A stretch of DNA of 63,373 nucleotides, filler included, from Collodictyon triciliatum (lineage: Eukaryota), in NCBI GenBank assembly GCA_043381765.1. It is 5 parts of 5 records of this genome, joined end to end, with 100 filler letters (N's around TTAATTAATTAA, not from the genome) between each part and the next. Parts side by side here need not be neighbours in the genome. Positions count along the whole stretch, not along the records: positions 1 to 25,130 come from JBHJMP010001054.1; 4 more parts are not named here. The stretch is one strand, 5' to 3'. Below the pieces are notes generated by a model. That model did no database searches and was not told the DNA's origin. It worked only from the letters and a program-made list of their open reading frames with translations. Below, in pieces: positions 1 through 15,832 of the stretch. The translations under genes were made by a program, and so were the position numbers. Positions within the stretch are counted from its first letter, which is position 1, and every line of letters starts with the position of its first letter.

Positions 1-861
1 TTTTTTTTTTTTTTGTTTTTTTGTTTTTTTGTTTTTTTGTTTTTTTGTTTTTTTGTTTTTTTGTTTTTTTGTTTTTCTGTTTTTTTTTGTTTTTTGTTTT
101 TTGTTTTTTGTGTTTTCGTGTCGATCGAGCAGGTCAGTTTAACCAAAGGCAGCGCGGTTGCAAGTTTGACTAAAATGTTAAGTTATATAATTTCATACAA
201 ATATGTAACCTATCAGACAACTTCAGCCGCCAAATATGCTATTTAATTGTATGCATATATATTCCATTTTTAATTTTTGAATCTGGATATTAAAGAAATA
301 ATGCAATTAGTTTGCAAAGAAACATACTAATCCTGTTTGGTATCTTCTATTTACATATTGAATATATTGGAAATCTATTGTGGGAGATAATGTATTTGAT
401 AGTCGTCTTTCTTCATCTCGTCTGCAAATGAGGCCGATTACTTTTCGTGCGCCGCACTGCTTTATTCGCCAAAAAGAACAGAAGCTCGCATTCACCAATA
501 AGACAAACAGGAACGCTCAGAAAGCATCACTAAACACAGTAATCCCTTTTCCTTTATTTTTTTTTTGTTTGTTTATTCACCTACTCTCTTTATTTTATTT
601 TTTTTTTTGCGTTTTTTTTTTCTTCTACATATCCACTCATTGCAATCAAAGAACAGCAACAACACGTTCATACTCGCTCTTATGCTGACCAAATCTTTCA
701 CCAGATTCACATATTTTTGTATTTTTTTTTCTTAGACGAGGCCTTCTTTGCCTGCATTTTGATTGCCTCGTCTGTCGACTTTCACCATTTTGATCCTGTG
801 TTCTTAGTTTGTTTTCATTCGCTGCTTTCGTTCGCTCTAAAATAGTCGTTTCTCAGGGTCG

Positions 862-4139
<3,278 letters not shown>

Positions 4140-4817
4140 CTCCGTCACTCCCTGGTGTCGATACCATCTGCCAGCCATCAATTTATTTCTCGTTTTTTTT
4201 TTTATCATTTTTCGTTCGATTTGTCAGTGACCTAGAAGCCGTCTCCCACCATAGTCCTTCTGCCTTCCCTTCCTTCTTGTCCTTTCTTTTCCTGTGTTAC
4301 TCTCTCTCTCTCTCTCCGCACATATACGCACTCCCTCCCCCCCTCACATTGTCCTTGCCTCGGCCATTATCGCCTTCCATCAGCCTGCTTCGTGTAAAAA
4401 CGCGCGCATTTGTTGCTTCCCACCGCTTCTCTGCCTGCCGCCCATAACCCGTGTTTCTGGATTGGTGCTCGCCAAGGGCTCCTGAGTACTCCGCAAACAC
4501 TTAGCTGGGCGGTCAGAACACAAACAAAAACAAAAAAAAACAAAAAAACAAAGCCTAATAAACCTGTCGTAGTCGTCACAAACCGTATTCTCACACCAGG
4601 AATGACACCCGCGCTGAAACCAGACAGGCAGCATCCTATGCCTTCCCTGTTCATATCTCTTCCATCCCCAAGCACCTGCCTTTCTGTCCCGCCCTTGCAC
4701 AGGCGGCCCTCTGTCGTTCTCTGCGTATTCCTGGTTTCCCACCTTGTTTTACAGCGCGTTCTGTACCTGGGTTCAGGCTCTAATAATAATAATTTTTTTT
4801 TTTTTAATATTGATGTC

Positions 4818-6037
4818 CTACTCAAACTGAAAGCGGAACGAGTTTGTATCGTGGAATGACTCCCAATCCTCGTGATACTTGTCGCCGGCGTCGTTGGGTT
4901 CTGCGCTTGTCTCGTGCAGCGAACCACATTCCCTCGTTGTCCCTGCGGGGCCGTTCGCCTTTGAATCAGACACTTTCCTTCGTCGGTTCGTCCGCCGGCG
5001 CTCCTTGAAAGGCTGTGCTTGGGCTATTCGGCGTTTGACATAATCCGAGTTCAGTCTGCTGGTTTGTGCATGCTTCGCCGCTGGCTTTTCAAACTCCGCA
5101 GCAGCCTCTACACCGTCGCCTTCTCTAGTCTTGCGCTTTTGGAAATACTCTGTGCGTCGAGCAAGATTTCTGGCGTGTTGGTTCACAATGTCCCCGATTG
5201 TGGGATTGAATCGGTTGATTGGCTTTCCAAAGAAAAATGGCTGGCGAAATACCATCTCGCGTAGGCTGTCGCAAAGAAAAGCTGTTGTCAGAATGATGGC
5301 GCAATTATAAGCGGTATGTGGATTAGCCTTCCCCTGCACAACAAAACCACCTCAAAGGATGTCGCTGTGGCCTTGTGGGTGTGTTATGACAAAAAAGATA
5401 GCTCCTTGTGGAAACATTGTGTGTGCTTTTTTTTTTTTTTGATGGATCGATGGGGAATATTGGGTTCTTTTTTCTCTTTCTTTCCTTGTTTACCTCAAAG
5501 ACTTTTCAACCAACACTTTGCCCATGTGCGTTTTCTCTATTCCGCCCCTCTGCAACAAGTCAAACATAAGCTGACTTCTCAGCATTACATCCATAAATTC
5601 TGTGCTTCTCACCAAATCATTCATGTGCCTCCTGTGGATGTATTATTGATTTGTATATAAAAAAAGTATTGAACGAAGCAAACTCTGTAATGAGCAGATA
5701 AAGAAATATCATACATCGAACCAATATTCTCCTGTAAGACCTCCTCTTTGCCTGATGTATTGGAGCTCGATTGAATCTCAGAGTAATCCTGAGAATGAAT
5801 GTTGGGTTCCAAGCGATTGCTTTGTTTCTCTGGGGGTTGGCTGGATGCTGCGCCAGCTGTTCCTTGACCTGTGTCACATGCATCGCCGAACGGTGTTGTT
5901 GGGATAAATGGTATATTTTCGTCAGGCGGATTCAATCCCCATTCGTAGTAATCCCCGTGCCCTTGAGTATCACCAGGAGGCATATTGGTCATTCCAGTGA
6001 TGTTCCTCCTAGATGAGGTTTTCATGTTCAGAATCAT
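4818..6037 (-). CDS. hypothetical protein (probably 3 exons)
   Basis: ORFs 6037-5621 and 5339-4818 plus an open intervening segment (RHMNDLVRSTEFMDVMLRSQ...) bounded by plausible GT/AG sites. No domain recognised and the second donor site is uncertain. Confidence 0.45.
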
Positions 6038-6425
6038 TTTCCAAGGATTTCATATACTTTATGTAACTAGCTTTATTATTTAATATCAAAGTCATCGCAA
6101 TTACTTGGCAAATGAAAATATAGGCAATTCAGTTTCGGTTTAAAACCCTGGTTCTCTGCCTCAAAAAAAGTGAGGGACAAGATTTAAATTATAATTGCAG
6201 AATAAATAGTCCCTAATCATTTACATTTTCAGCCGATTTCTTCCTCCTTTGTTTAAAATGCGAGGAAACCCAATCCAAAAATATGAAAAATTATTGCTCC
6301 ACGTAACATATTATTGGAAGCACCAAACATAGCTGCTTCACCAAATTGTTTATTTTTGTTTTCTCTGTAACAATAAAAAAAATATGGTCTGTCGTGTTTT
6401 ATCGATTGTACGCCCAAAATCCAAA

Positions 6426-6585
6426 TATTGTATTGTATTGTATTGTATTGTATTGTATTGTATTGTATTGTATTGTATTGTATTGTATTGTATTGTATTG
6501 TATTGTATTGTATTGTATTGTATTGTATTGTATTGTATTGTATTGTATTGTATTGTATTGTATTGTATTGCATTGTATTGCATTG
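6426..6585 (+). repeat. (TATTG)n microsatellite
   Basis: Tandem pentamer seen directly. Confidence 0.95.
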
Positions 6586-7101
6586 CATTATATCACATTA
6601 CATGATATTTTTCTATATTTTTTTTTCTGCATCGCCCTGGCGAGGGCGCTTTGTGTTGAAATTGGTTTATTTTGCCATGTTAAAAACCTATGAAGCGCGA
6701 TTATTCCCCAGCGAGTGAGATTTTTGACCTGCTGATTATGGCATGAATAAATTTTTTTCTGGCAAAGTACCGAGAAGCGCCATTTTGTTTTGGGAATGAT
6801 ATATCCTTGTGATAGGTATTTAATTAAGCGAAATCAGCATCGGGCTCTACTAGTGTGCGGCGAAGAGAACATATCCTCTGACAACAGAGGCCTGCGCTGG
6901 CTGATTGAATCTCATCGAAGCTCTCCTCCCTTTTCTAATCTGGAATTTAATGCTCCAATCTGCTATAGTTCTCTATCCCTATCAAAAAACACGCGCGTCA
7001 GCTATGTCGGGTGCCGTGTTGATCTTGTCGCGCTGAGCGCCAGATGTCCCATTCCTCCGCCTCTGATATTCCTGTGTTTCATTTGCTTATTATTTATTAA
7101 T

Positions 7102-7144
<43 letters not shown>

Positions 7145-7272
7145 CTTATTTATTTATTTATTTGCCTGTTCGAGGTGTGGTCAATCAAAAGTGTACTCAC
7201 AGTTTTTTCCTCAGGGAACCAAAGCAGAGTTCAAGAGCGTTGGTAATTGAAAACGGTGTCCAGTTGGAATTG

Positions 7273-10200
7273 ATGGGATATCTATTTGCCTCCTCAGTCC
7301 TGATAGGTTTACATTGAGTGATCCTTTTTGAGAGTAGAGGTATCTATACGCATCTTAACGTTTGAAACAATCACATAGGAATACTCTGGGCACTCGGATG
7401 TATAACAGTGAGCTGCAACAGCGAAATTTTTACTGTGAGCAACGGGCACACAAAGACTGTAACGAGCGTGCACGCAACTGTAGATGGCTCAAAAGTTGTT
7501 TCCGGTAGCCAGGATTGCACTATCAAGATATGGAACCTTTCAGACGGCAGCCTCATTCGCACGTTAACAGGTCATCAAAACTACGTGAACAGCATCGTAG
7601 TCAACCAGGATGGGTCCCGCATCATTTCTGGAAGTAGCGATGAAACAATCAAGATTTGGGATACCTTCAACGGCATCGTTGTCCGCACTATCCCAGGGCG
7701 TTTTGGTGATATTTTGAGCCTTGCTTTGACTCCTGACGAAACTAATATTATATCTGGTAATAGTAGGAACACAGTAACCATATGTAGTTTCACTAGTGGT
7801 ATAGAGCTATATTCTTTAGAAGGCCATACAGGTTCCGTACGTTGTGTTGCCACTTCTCCTGATGGAAAACTCATCGCATCTGGGTCTGATGACAAAAATA
7901 TAATGATATGGAATATTTCCAATGGAACATCAGTCCAAAAACTTTCTGGTCATGAAGGTCCTGTCCTTTGTCTCTCATACACACTGGATGGCCTAAAATT
8001 AATATCAGGAAGCTCTGATACAACAATCATCATTTGGGACCCAAGAACCGGAGCTATTCTAAAAAAGTTGCTAGGGCATTTTAAGAGTGTGAATTCAGTC
8101 CAGGCATCCTTAGAGAAAAAAATAATTGCTTCCTGTGGTGAAGATAGCACAATTAAACTATGGGATATGGACAATGGAAACGTGATATCGTCATTTTTGG
8201 GCCACGAAAAAAGCATAAGAAGCATATACTTGTCTATCTATACATCGAGACTTTTTTCAGCAAGTTCTGATATGAAAGTTAAGGTTTGGAGTTTTCCAGA
8301 AGGCAATTTACTTCAAACACTAAACGCTATTATACTATGTGTGTCTACTTCAGCAGATGGCTTGAAAATAGCGACAGGATTGGATGATACCAATATCAAT
8401 ATCAGGGACTCAAGAGACGGTTCTATCATTCGCACACTTTGTGGACATGAGGGTTCCGTTAACAGTGTAGCATTCAGTAGTGACAGTATAAGGCTGGCAT
8501 CAAGTAGCAGCGATACAAAAATTAAAATATGGAACGTTTTAAGTGGCTCCTTGAACCTCACCTTAACCGGCCATACAAATTTTGTATGGGGAGTATCATT
8601 CTTAAACCAGGATTCGACTCTAATATCAGGCGGTGGAGATTACTCAATAAGAATTTGGGACACATCATCAGGTAAACAAAAGCAACTAATTATGGACAAC
8701 AATTGCGTAATTTACAGTGTCTCTTTTACTCCTGATAATACAAAATTCATATCTGGGGGGAGTGATACTAATGTTAAAGTATGGAATCAATCTGGAGGGT
8801 CTCTTATTCGTGTATTGGACGGGCATACAGATATTGTTTCTTGCGTATCTGTGACACCAGACGGAGTTTCTGTCATATCAAGCAGTTTTGATAGAACGAT
8901 TAAAATTTGGAGCATGTTGAGTTTGTCACTCACTCGAACACTTACCGGTCATAGCAGCTTTATATACTCTATTCACATAAACTCTTTCGGGACTAAAGTT
9001 GTCTCATCCGGGGGCGACTCTAGCATTAAAATATGGAACATATTAAATGGAGTCTTGATTGCATCAATAATCGGTCACTCAGATAAGGTAAATGGAGCGG
9101 TATTTGCCTCTAACGGATCGAAAATCATATCGGGAAGTAGCGACACGACATTAAGAATGTGGGAATCTCCTGATAATAACCTGGTGATGACATTTTATGG
9201 ACACACTTCATCGGTTAATAGCATCGCCATGTCACCTGATGACCTGACTGTGATATCTGGGGGCGGAATCTACGATAAGACTATAAAAATATGGGACGTT
9301 ACGGACGGAAAATTGCACAAAACCTTAAATAAGCATACTGACCTCGTTAGTAGTATTGCCATAACTGCCGATGGTATGACTGTTGTCTCAGGAAGCTGGG
9401 ATTGCACCATTAAGCTATGGTTCTACAACAATGGTTCTTTGATAAACTCATGGCATGCACATGATAATGGTGTGACAAGCACCCTTTTAACCCATGACGA
9501 CACAAGAATAATATCTGGCGGGAAAGACAATGCGATAAAGGTTTGGGATTTGGAGAGCGGATTGCTGGTCAAAATTATGTACGGGCACACAAATTACGTG
9601 AATGGAATTGCAATTACACCGCTGAATAAGAAAATACTTTCGGTTAGTGCCGACAAGACAATCAAAATATGGTCCTTGAGCGATGGTTCATTAATCAATT
9701 CAATACAAGCTCATACTGATGAAATATATTGCGTAGCAGTGACTCCAGACAGCTCCACTGCCATATCAGGGAGCAAAGATAACAATATCAAACTGTGGAG
9801 CATCGCTGATGGCAAATTAAAGCGGACAATCACAGGGCACAAAAAGAGCATATACAGTTTAGCTGTTAGTCCTGATGGGCTGGTATTTGTGTCAGCTAGT
9901 GCCGATGATACACTTAAAGTATGGAGTATAGTTGATGGCTTGCAAATAAGATCATTTTCGGCCGACACCTACGGCATTTACAGCGTTGCTTTTTCATACG
10001 ATGGGTCTAAGATTGTGTCGGGTGGCTCGAGCAATTCAGCCAAAATTTGGAATCCTTGTCTTGGCGGGTCTTTCTTCGACTTAGCCATGAATAAGTGTAT
10101 AGCATGTCCCCAAGGAACTTACAATAATGCAGATAATATATACTGGTGTAATCCATGCCCTCCTGGAACATTTAATTCAAAGAATGGATCTTCCAAGTTT

Positions 10201-12882
10201 GAGGATTGCATTCCTTGTGAAAGAGGAAAATTCAATCCCGACTATGGACAAGCAAACTGTCAAGATTGTACGCCAGGCACAGCAAATAATTTACAGGGAC
10301 AAACAAATTGTATTGATTGCACGTCAGGATTTTACAGTGATTACGGAAATACCTCTTGCATTAGCTGTCCTGTTGGTTCATATAATCCCACCCCCAGGGG
10401 AAGACATAAGGATTCTTGCAAGAAATGCGAACTGGGAACTTACAATAGTCAAATTGGGAAAACAGAATGTATTGACTGTCCGACAGGGTCATTCTCTGGC
10501 AGTGAAGGATCACAATTATGCCTACCATGTCCCCCGGGGCAATACACTGATAAAGTTAGAACAAAAAGTATGTGCACTCTATGTCCAGCAGGTACGGCTA
10601 ACGAAAAAAGTGGATCTCGTGATTTCTCTGACTGTAAACCATGTCCCAAAGGACAATTTACATCAATATCAGGGAAATCAGTATGTGAGTACTGCCCCCC
10701 TGGAACATTTAATCATAATGCAAATCAAACTTCTTGCATCAAATGCCCTCCAGGGACTTTTAATCCATTCTATGAACAAATTAGTAGCTCATCTTGTATC
10801 GATTGTCCTGTGGGTACTTATGAAAATCAGAATAACACAGATTGTTTGAGCTGTCCGGCTGGCACATACAATAACATAACGCGAGCATCTCATTCGGGAA
10901 TGTGTACGCTCTGCCCTGAGGGTAGCTACAGTTTTGAAAGAAGTCAATCTTGTAGCTTATGCACAGCTCGATCAACTACAGACCATAAGGGCTCAAAAAG
11001 TCCCGATGATTGTAAATGCATTTTAGGATTTAAACAATATAACTATGCATGTACTTGCGAGCCAGGAAATTACGAGGAGTATAATAGATGTGTCCCTTGC
11101 AAAGTGGGCACATACAAACCAGACTATGGCACTGATTTTTGCTTTCCATGCTCAAATAAATTTTCTACAAATGCGACTGGAGCAACTAATTTATCCCAAT
11201 GCATATGCAGTAAAGGCTTCGTATCCTACAATGGTACATGCGAATGCGCCCCCGGTTCATTTATGGACAGAAACGAGCGATGTACGAACTGCTCTTCGAA
11301 TTCTTACAATCCTGACTATGGACAAACATCATGCAGAGAATGCCCGTTCAACTCAGTCGCAGAAAAGACAGGATCTATCTCCATAAATGATTGTAGGTGT
11401 CTAGCATCCACTTACTTGGACTTAATTTCGAAACAGTGCCAGAAATGTCCTGATGGTTTCATATGTGATGGAAGCAGCGAATTACTGTTGGCGCCTGGTT
11501 ATTGGAAGGCACCTACTTCTGATGGGGTACACAAGGCTTTTAAGTGCACAAATGAATTTGCATGCCTTGGTGGGAATAATACATGCGCAGAGGGATATAA
11601 AGGGGCCCTTTGTAGTGTCTGTGAAAATGGGTATGGATCAGCAAGCTCTTTTTGCACAAAATGTCCATCGCTCGGCTGGGATTGGGTCTTGGCCATACTA
11701 AGCATATTGCTTCCACTTTGGTTTGTTTACTACATGATTGAACAGTCGAGACAGCCCCAAACAGGCAAAATATTGATTCTAAAATTACTTGCCACTCATT
11801 TTCAAATTCTATCTTCACTAGCCAATTTCGATGTCCGATGGACTTCTACATTAATTTCTATAATGAAATTTCCAGCTCTATTTTCTTTCTCTCTTTCTGT
11901 GGATAGCTACCCCATGGAGTGTCAGTTTGGCTTGAGCCTGTATGATAAGATCTTTTACACTATGCTAACCCCTGCCATTCTCTTTGGATTAGTTCTTATC
12001 GTCGTTTTCACCAAGGCATTACGGAATTGGTATGTGGGAGAGATGACTCGTAAAGATTTCACATATTTTCGGTTTCGACAGGAGATTATATACTCTATTC
12101 TTGTCATGCTGTTTTTCGTTCATCCTATCGTCACCGCTAATATCGCAAAAATTTTTCCGTGCGAAGAGTTGGGAGAAGTAAAGTACCTGAAATCAGATAT
12201 GTCTATTCAATGCAATGATTCATATTACCTGGCATGGCGCGGCATATCTTTGATTTACGTCATTTTGTATTGTTTTGCATGTCCTCTTCTTCTTTTTGTG
12301 CGGATAGTGAAAAAAAAGAAAGCACTTATGAACCCCACTTCGAGCACATATACGCTGCTCCGATTTGTAGTTGACGGGTACACCGAGAGGTGTCAGTATT
12401 GGGAGATAGTCTTGATGATGCAGAAGCTTCTGATAGTCATCATCAGTGTTTTCTTTGCAAGCTCTTTACAGATTTATTTTGGACTATGGCTCATTTTCGC
12501 AATGATTGCATCCACGTTATATTTTAAACCCTTCATGTCAAACATTCTCAAGAAAGCCCAGATTCAGTCTTTAATGGTTCTTTACTTTACTCTGATGTTG
12601 AGTCTCCTCTTTCGTTATTCTGAATTGAGCGGCTCCACAGAGACAATCTTGACTGCACTCGTGGTTATCAGCAACGGGCTGATTGCCTTGCTGTTCTTGT
12701 CCATCGGAGGTCCAGCCCTCATGCGATTACTGCTTCGTAACCTTTCGGGCCTTCTAGATTATCTGAAGGAGGCTGTCGTCGAAAACGTGTTGGTTGTGGG
12801 GCTGTTGAGATGTTTGGAGCCAAATAATCCGGATAAAAGAGCTCTCGAAATGACAGACTTTACAACAGACAGCGCCCTTTGA
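7273..12882 (+). CDS. Signal peptide + 21 WD40 repeats + Cys-rich (GCC2/GCC3, ephrin-receptor-like) repeats + multi-pass membrane domain
   Basis: Exon 1 7273-7306, GT-AG intron 7307-7378 and exon 2 7379-12882 join in frame to give N-terminal MGYLFASSVLIGILWALGCITVSC. 21 GH...WD-type repeats run to ~10053, then CxxCPxGT(Y/F) repeats to ~11666, then about 8-9 hydrophobic helices with GY..YWE and KPF motifs. Confidence 0.9.
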
Positions 12883-13106
12883 GCGGTTTTAAGACTCTCC
12901 CTCTCTCTCTTTCTTTCTTTTCTTGACTTTCTTTTTCTTGTCTACGCAGCTGTTAACACTTTTTCGAGTTGGCTTTGTGTCTTGAAGCTAACTGACAACA
13001 AATAAGAATAATAAAAGAAAGGTCAAATATATACTTATGGCACTGGGAAAGTTGCAGCGTTTTCCACTGACAGGTGACAGCCAACTCTTTTCACAGCACC
13101 AAGGGA

Positions 13107-14841
13107 ATGAGCGATCTAGCAAAGCAGCAGCGCCAGAACATCGACGATCTAACAGAAAAGGTTTCTCCTTTTTCTTATTATCCACAAGATACGATTGATC
13201 GTCAAAAAAAAAAAGAAGAAAAGAAGAATAAAGCACAGAATAAAGAACCTTAGAAACGCCGATTGTTAGTTCATAGAGACACTGGAGATTCTGGACGCCC
13301 ACGTCGAGACTCTGATGAAAACCCACATGACTCGTGTCGAGAGTGAAGAGAGCACCGCGTTAGACCAGGTTTGCATCCTTTATTCCCGAAAAACAGCGCT
13401 TCTTTCTTTCTTTTCAGCGGACAACTCATACGCTACCACTATTACATTAGGTTGCATTTACATTCTAATGTATCATATTGTCTTCTATTGTAATCTTTTT
13501 ATATTGATTTAATTATACATTGTAGTCTTGTTATATCATATTATATCCCTTTTTTTTTTATTATGTCATATGCACGTTTTATATTCTAAACATGTCCTTT
13601 CCGCACAGCTGAAATACTTTCGCAACCAAGCGAGCAAGCCCCTCGACTTCATGGAGCGAACGGCCATAGCCCTGCGCGCTGTGCTCCCTTCATGGATCAA
13701 AGTCACTCATCAGATAACGGCAGTTGCCTCCAAAAGCACACAAAGTGCGATGAGACTCTTGCACAATCACCGCAATCTGAGTTCCTTGGGTGCATTCAGC
13801 GGATCTCTTGGGTATGAAATCAACCTGTATTTGCGTTTCGACGACCGACGCGACTTACCAGCGGACTTTTGCGAGTCTCCCTTTAGCATGCCTGCCAATC
13901 TATCTCCAAACGTGTATGAATGGATTACAACGTTGATGTATCCAATCCGCAGGGACATCAAGGAATGGGGTGTCCCTGTGAAATTGACCTCGGATGAGCA
14001 GTCTAATAGTGCCTCTGTGACAATATCGAGTCCGTGGGGAATCGCCATCCACCCATCGACGGGGCATATATACACGACAGATCACACCAATCCTGTGGTT
14101 TACATCTGGACCCACGAACAAGATGGGAATCTGAAAAACCTTGTGCGATTCAAGGAAGAATCAGGTGGCGGTAGAAAAAGCGGACTGTTGGTCAACCCAC
14201 GTGGTATTGCTATCTCCAAACAAGGACGAGTTGCCATTGCAGATTATGGAGGATGCCGATTGACATTAATGACCAGTGACCTGAAGCTGATTCGTCATGT
14301 CGCTGAAGTAAACAGCTCCATCTCACGCATGTCTGCCCCCTACAACGTTGTTTTTGATCAAGACGACAATATATATCTATCAGACAGCGGGAATCAACGA
14401 GTCCTCAAGTTCAACCACGAGGGCGAATATATCTACGAAATCCGAACTAGAAATATGGATTGTACAAACCCCATTCTTCAAGTTCCGCATGGAGAGAAAC
14501 TCTTCAAGTCGTCAGTAAATGGTGTCTCTGTGGATGAGAAAGGACGCGTCTTTGTTCTGACCAGTGGCGGAGATGTCATCAGAGTTTTTAAATCAAATGG
14601 AAGCTATGACTTCGACATTCCAATAAAGACGTTTGGTTCTGGCGGTTGGGGTTTTCTGGCCCGTGGGCCCAAAAGTACAGTTGTTGTCTCAGACTACAAT
14701 AACAGCCATATACGCTTCTACAATTATTCTGGTGAGTTGGTGAGTCAGATTGACTGCAGAGGCCCGCTGGGTTGCGTCTTTGACCCCACTGGGCGCTTCT
14801 ACTTTGTGCAGCACGATGCAAGCACACTGATGTGTGTCTAA
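13107..14841 (+). CDS. NHL-repeat beta-propeller protein with N-terminal helical/coiled-coil region
   Basis: Exons ~13107-13160 (MSDLAKQQRQNIDDLTEK), ~13270-13368 and ~13609-14841. NHL motifs: SPWGIAIH, NPRGIAIS..VAIAD, APYNVVFD..IYLSDSGNQRVLKF, GPLGCVFD. Confidence 0.8.
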
Positions 14842-15132
14842 TCGAGTAAGACGGTGACTGTCCTCTTGTGATGGGCGAATAGCAATCCATTTCGTCTACA
14901 TTAAATCCCTCTTATGGCTCAACCCCGTTTTCTTTCGAGAAAGTTTTGCCTTCTTATATGGCTGTTTGCCAATATTTGTCTTCCTCGTGGTGTAGTATGA
15001 ATGCATTTTGAGTTGGTTTTAAGGCATCACACATGCATATTTCGCTTCCGTGATTTAAATACGGATGGTATAACTGCAAAGAAATTTTCGTCTGTTTTAT
15101 TATTATTATCATTATTATTATCATTATTATTA

Positions 15133-15202
<70 letters not shown>

Positions 15203-15275
15203 TGGCATCACATATGAATTTTTTTCAAAAGAAAAAGGATTGGTATGAATATCTTTATCTGTGGCAAATCTCTCT

Positions 15276-15755
15276 TCACTTTTGTTCTGGAATTGAGAGG
15301 GAGATATTAAGTAATCTTGAAAGAAACTCCCGGAATGAAAGTATTTGCGTTTCACCGTGTGATTTTAGAGCGTCCTTGCACATTAAAGTAAATTCCCTTT
15401 GTGTTAAAAAAAATAAGATTTAATAATTGTACTATGAATATGTTTTTTATAGCTTAATAATAGTCAAAAAATTATTATTAATTATTTTTATTTTTATTTT
15501 TTACTGAAACTAGGAATGTGAGTATTATCTAATAAACCATTATGGAGTGGGACTGTTCTTTGTTTTGTTTCTTTGTTTGTTTTTATCCCTCTCCTTTTCT
15601 TTTTTCTTTTTTTCTTTTTTTCTTTTTTTCTTTTTTTCTTTTTTTCTTTTTTTCTTTTTTTCTTTTTTTCTTTTTTTCTTTTTTGTCTTTTTTTGTCTTT
15701 TGTCTTTTTTTGTCTTTTTCTCAAAAACCAACTAACGCCCTTTTTGCAAGTACTT

Positions 15756-15832
<77 letters not shown>

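Noticed and set aside
133-500. Possible terminal exons of a gene entering from the left edge
   Set aside because: AG/GT-bounded segments are visible, but no frame or family can be assigned.
6250-7060. Possible small gene or ncRNA around the (TATTG)n repeat
   Set aside because: I could not build a consistent spliced frame or recognise an RNA motif.
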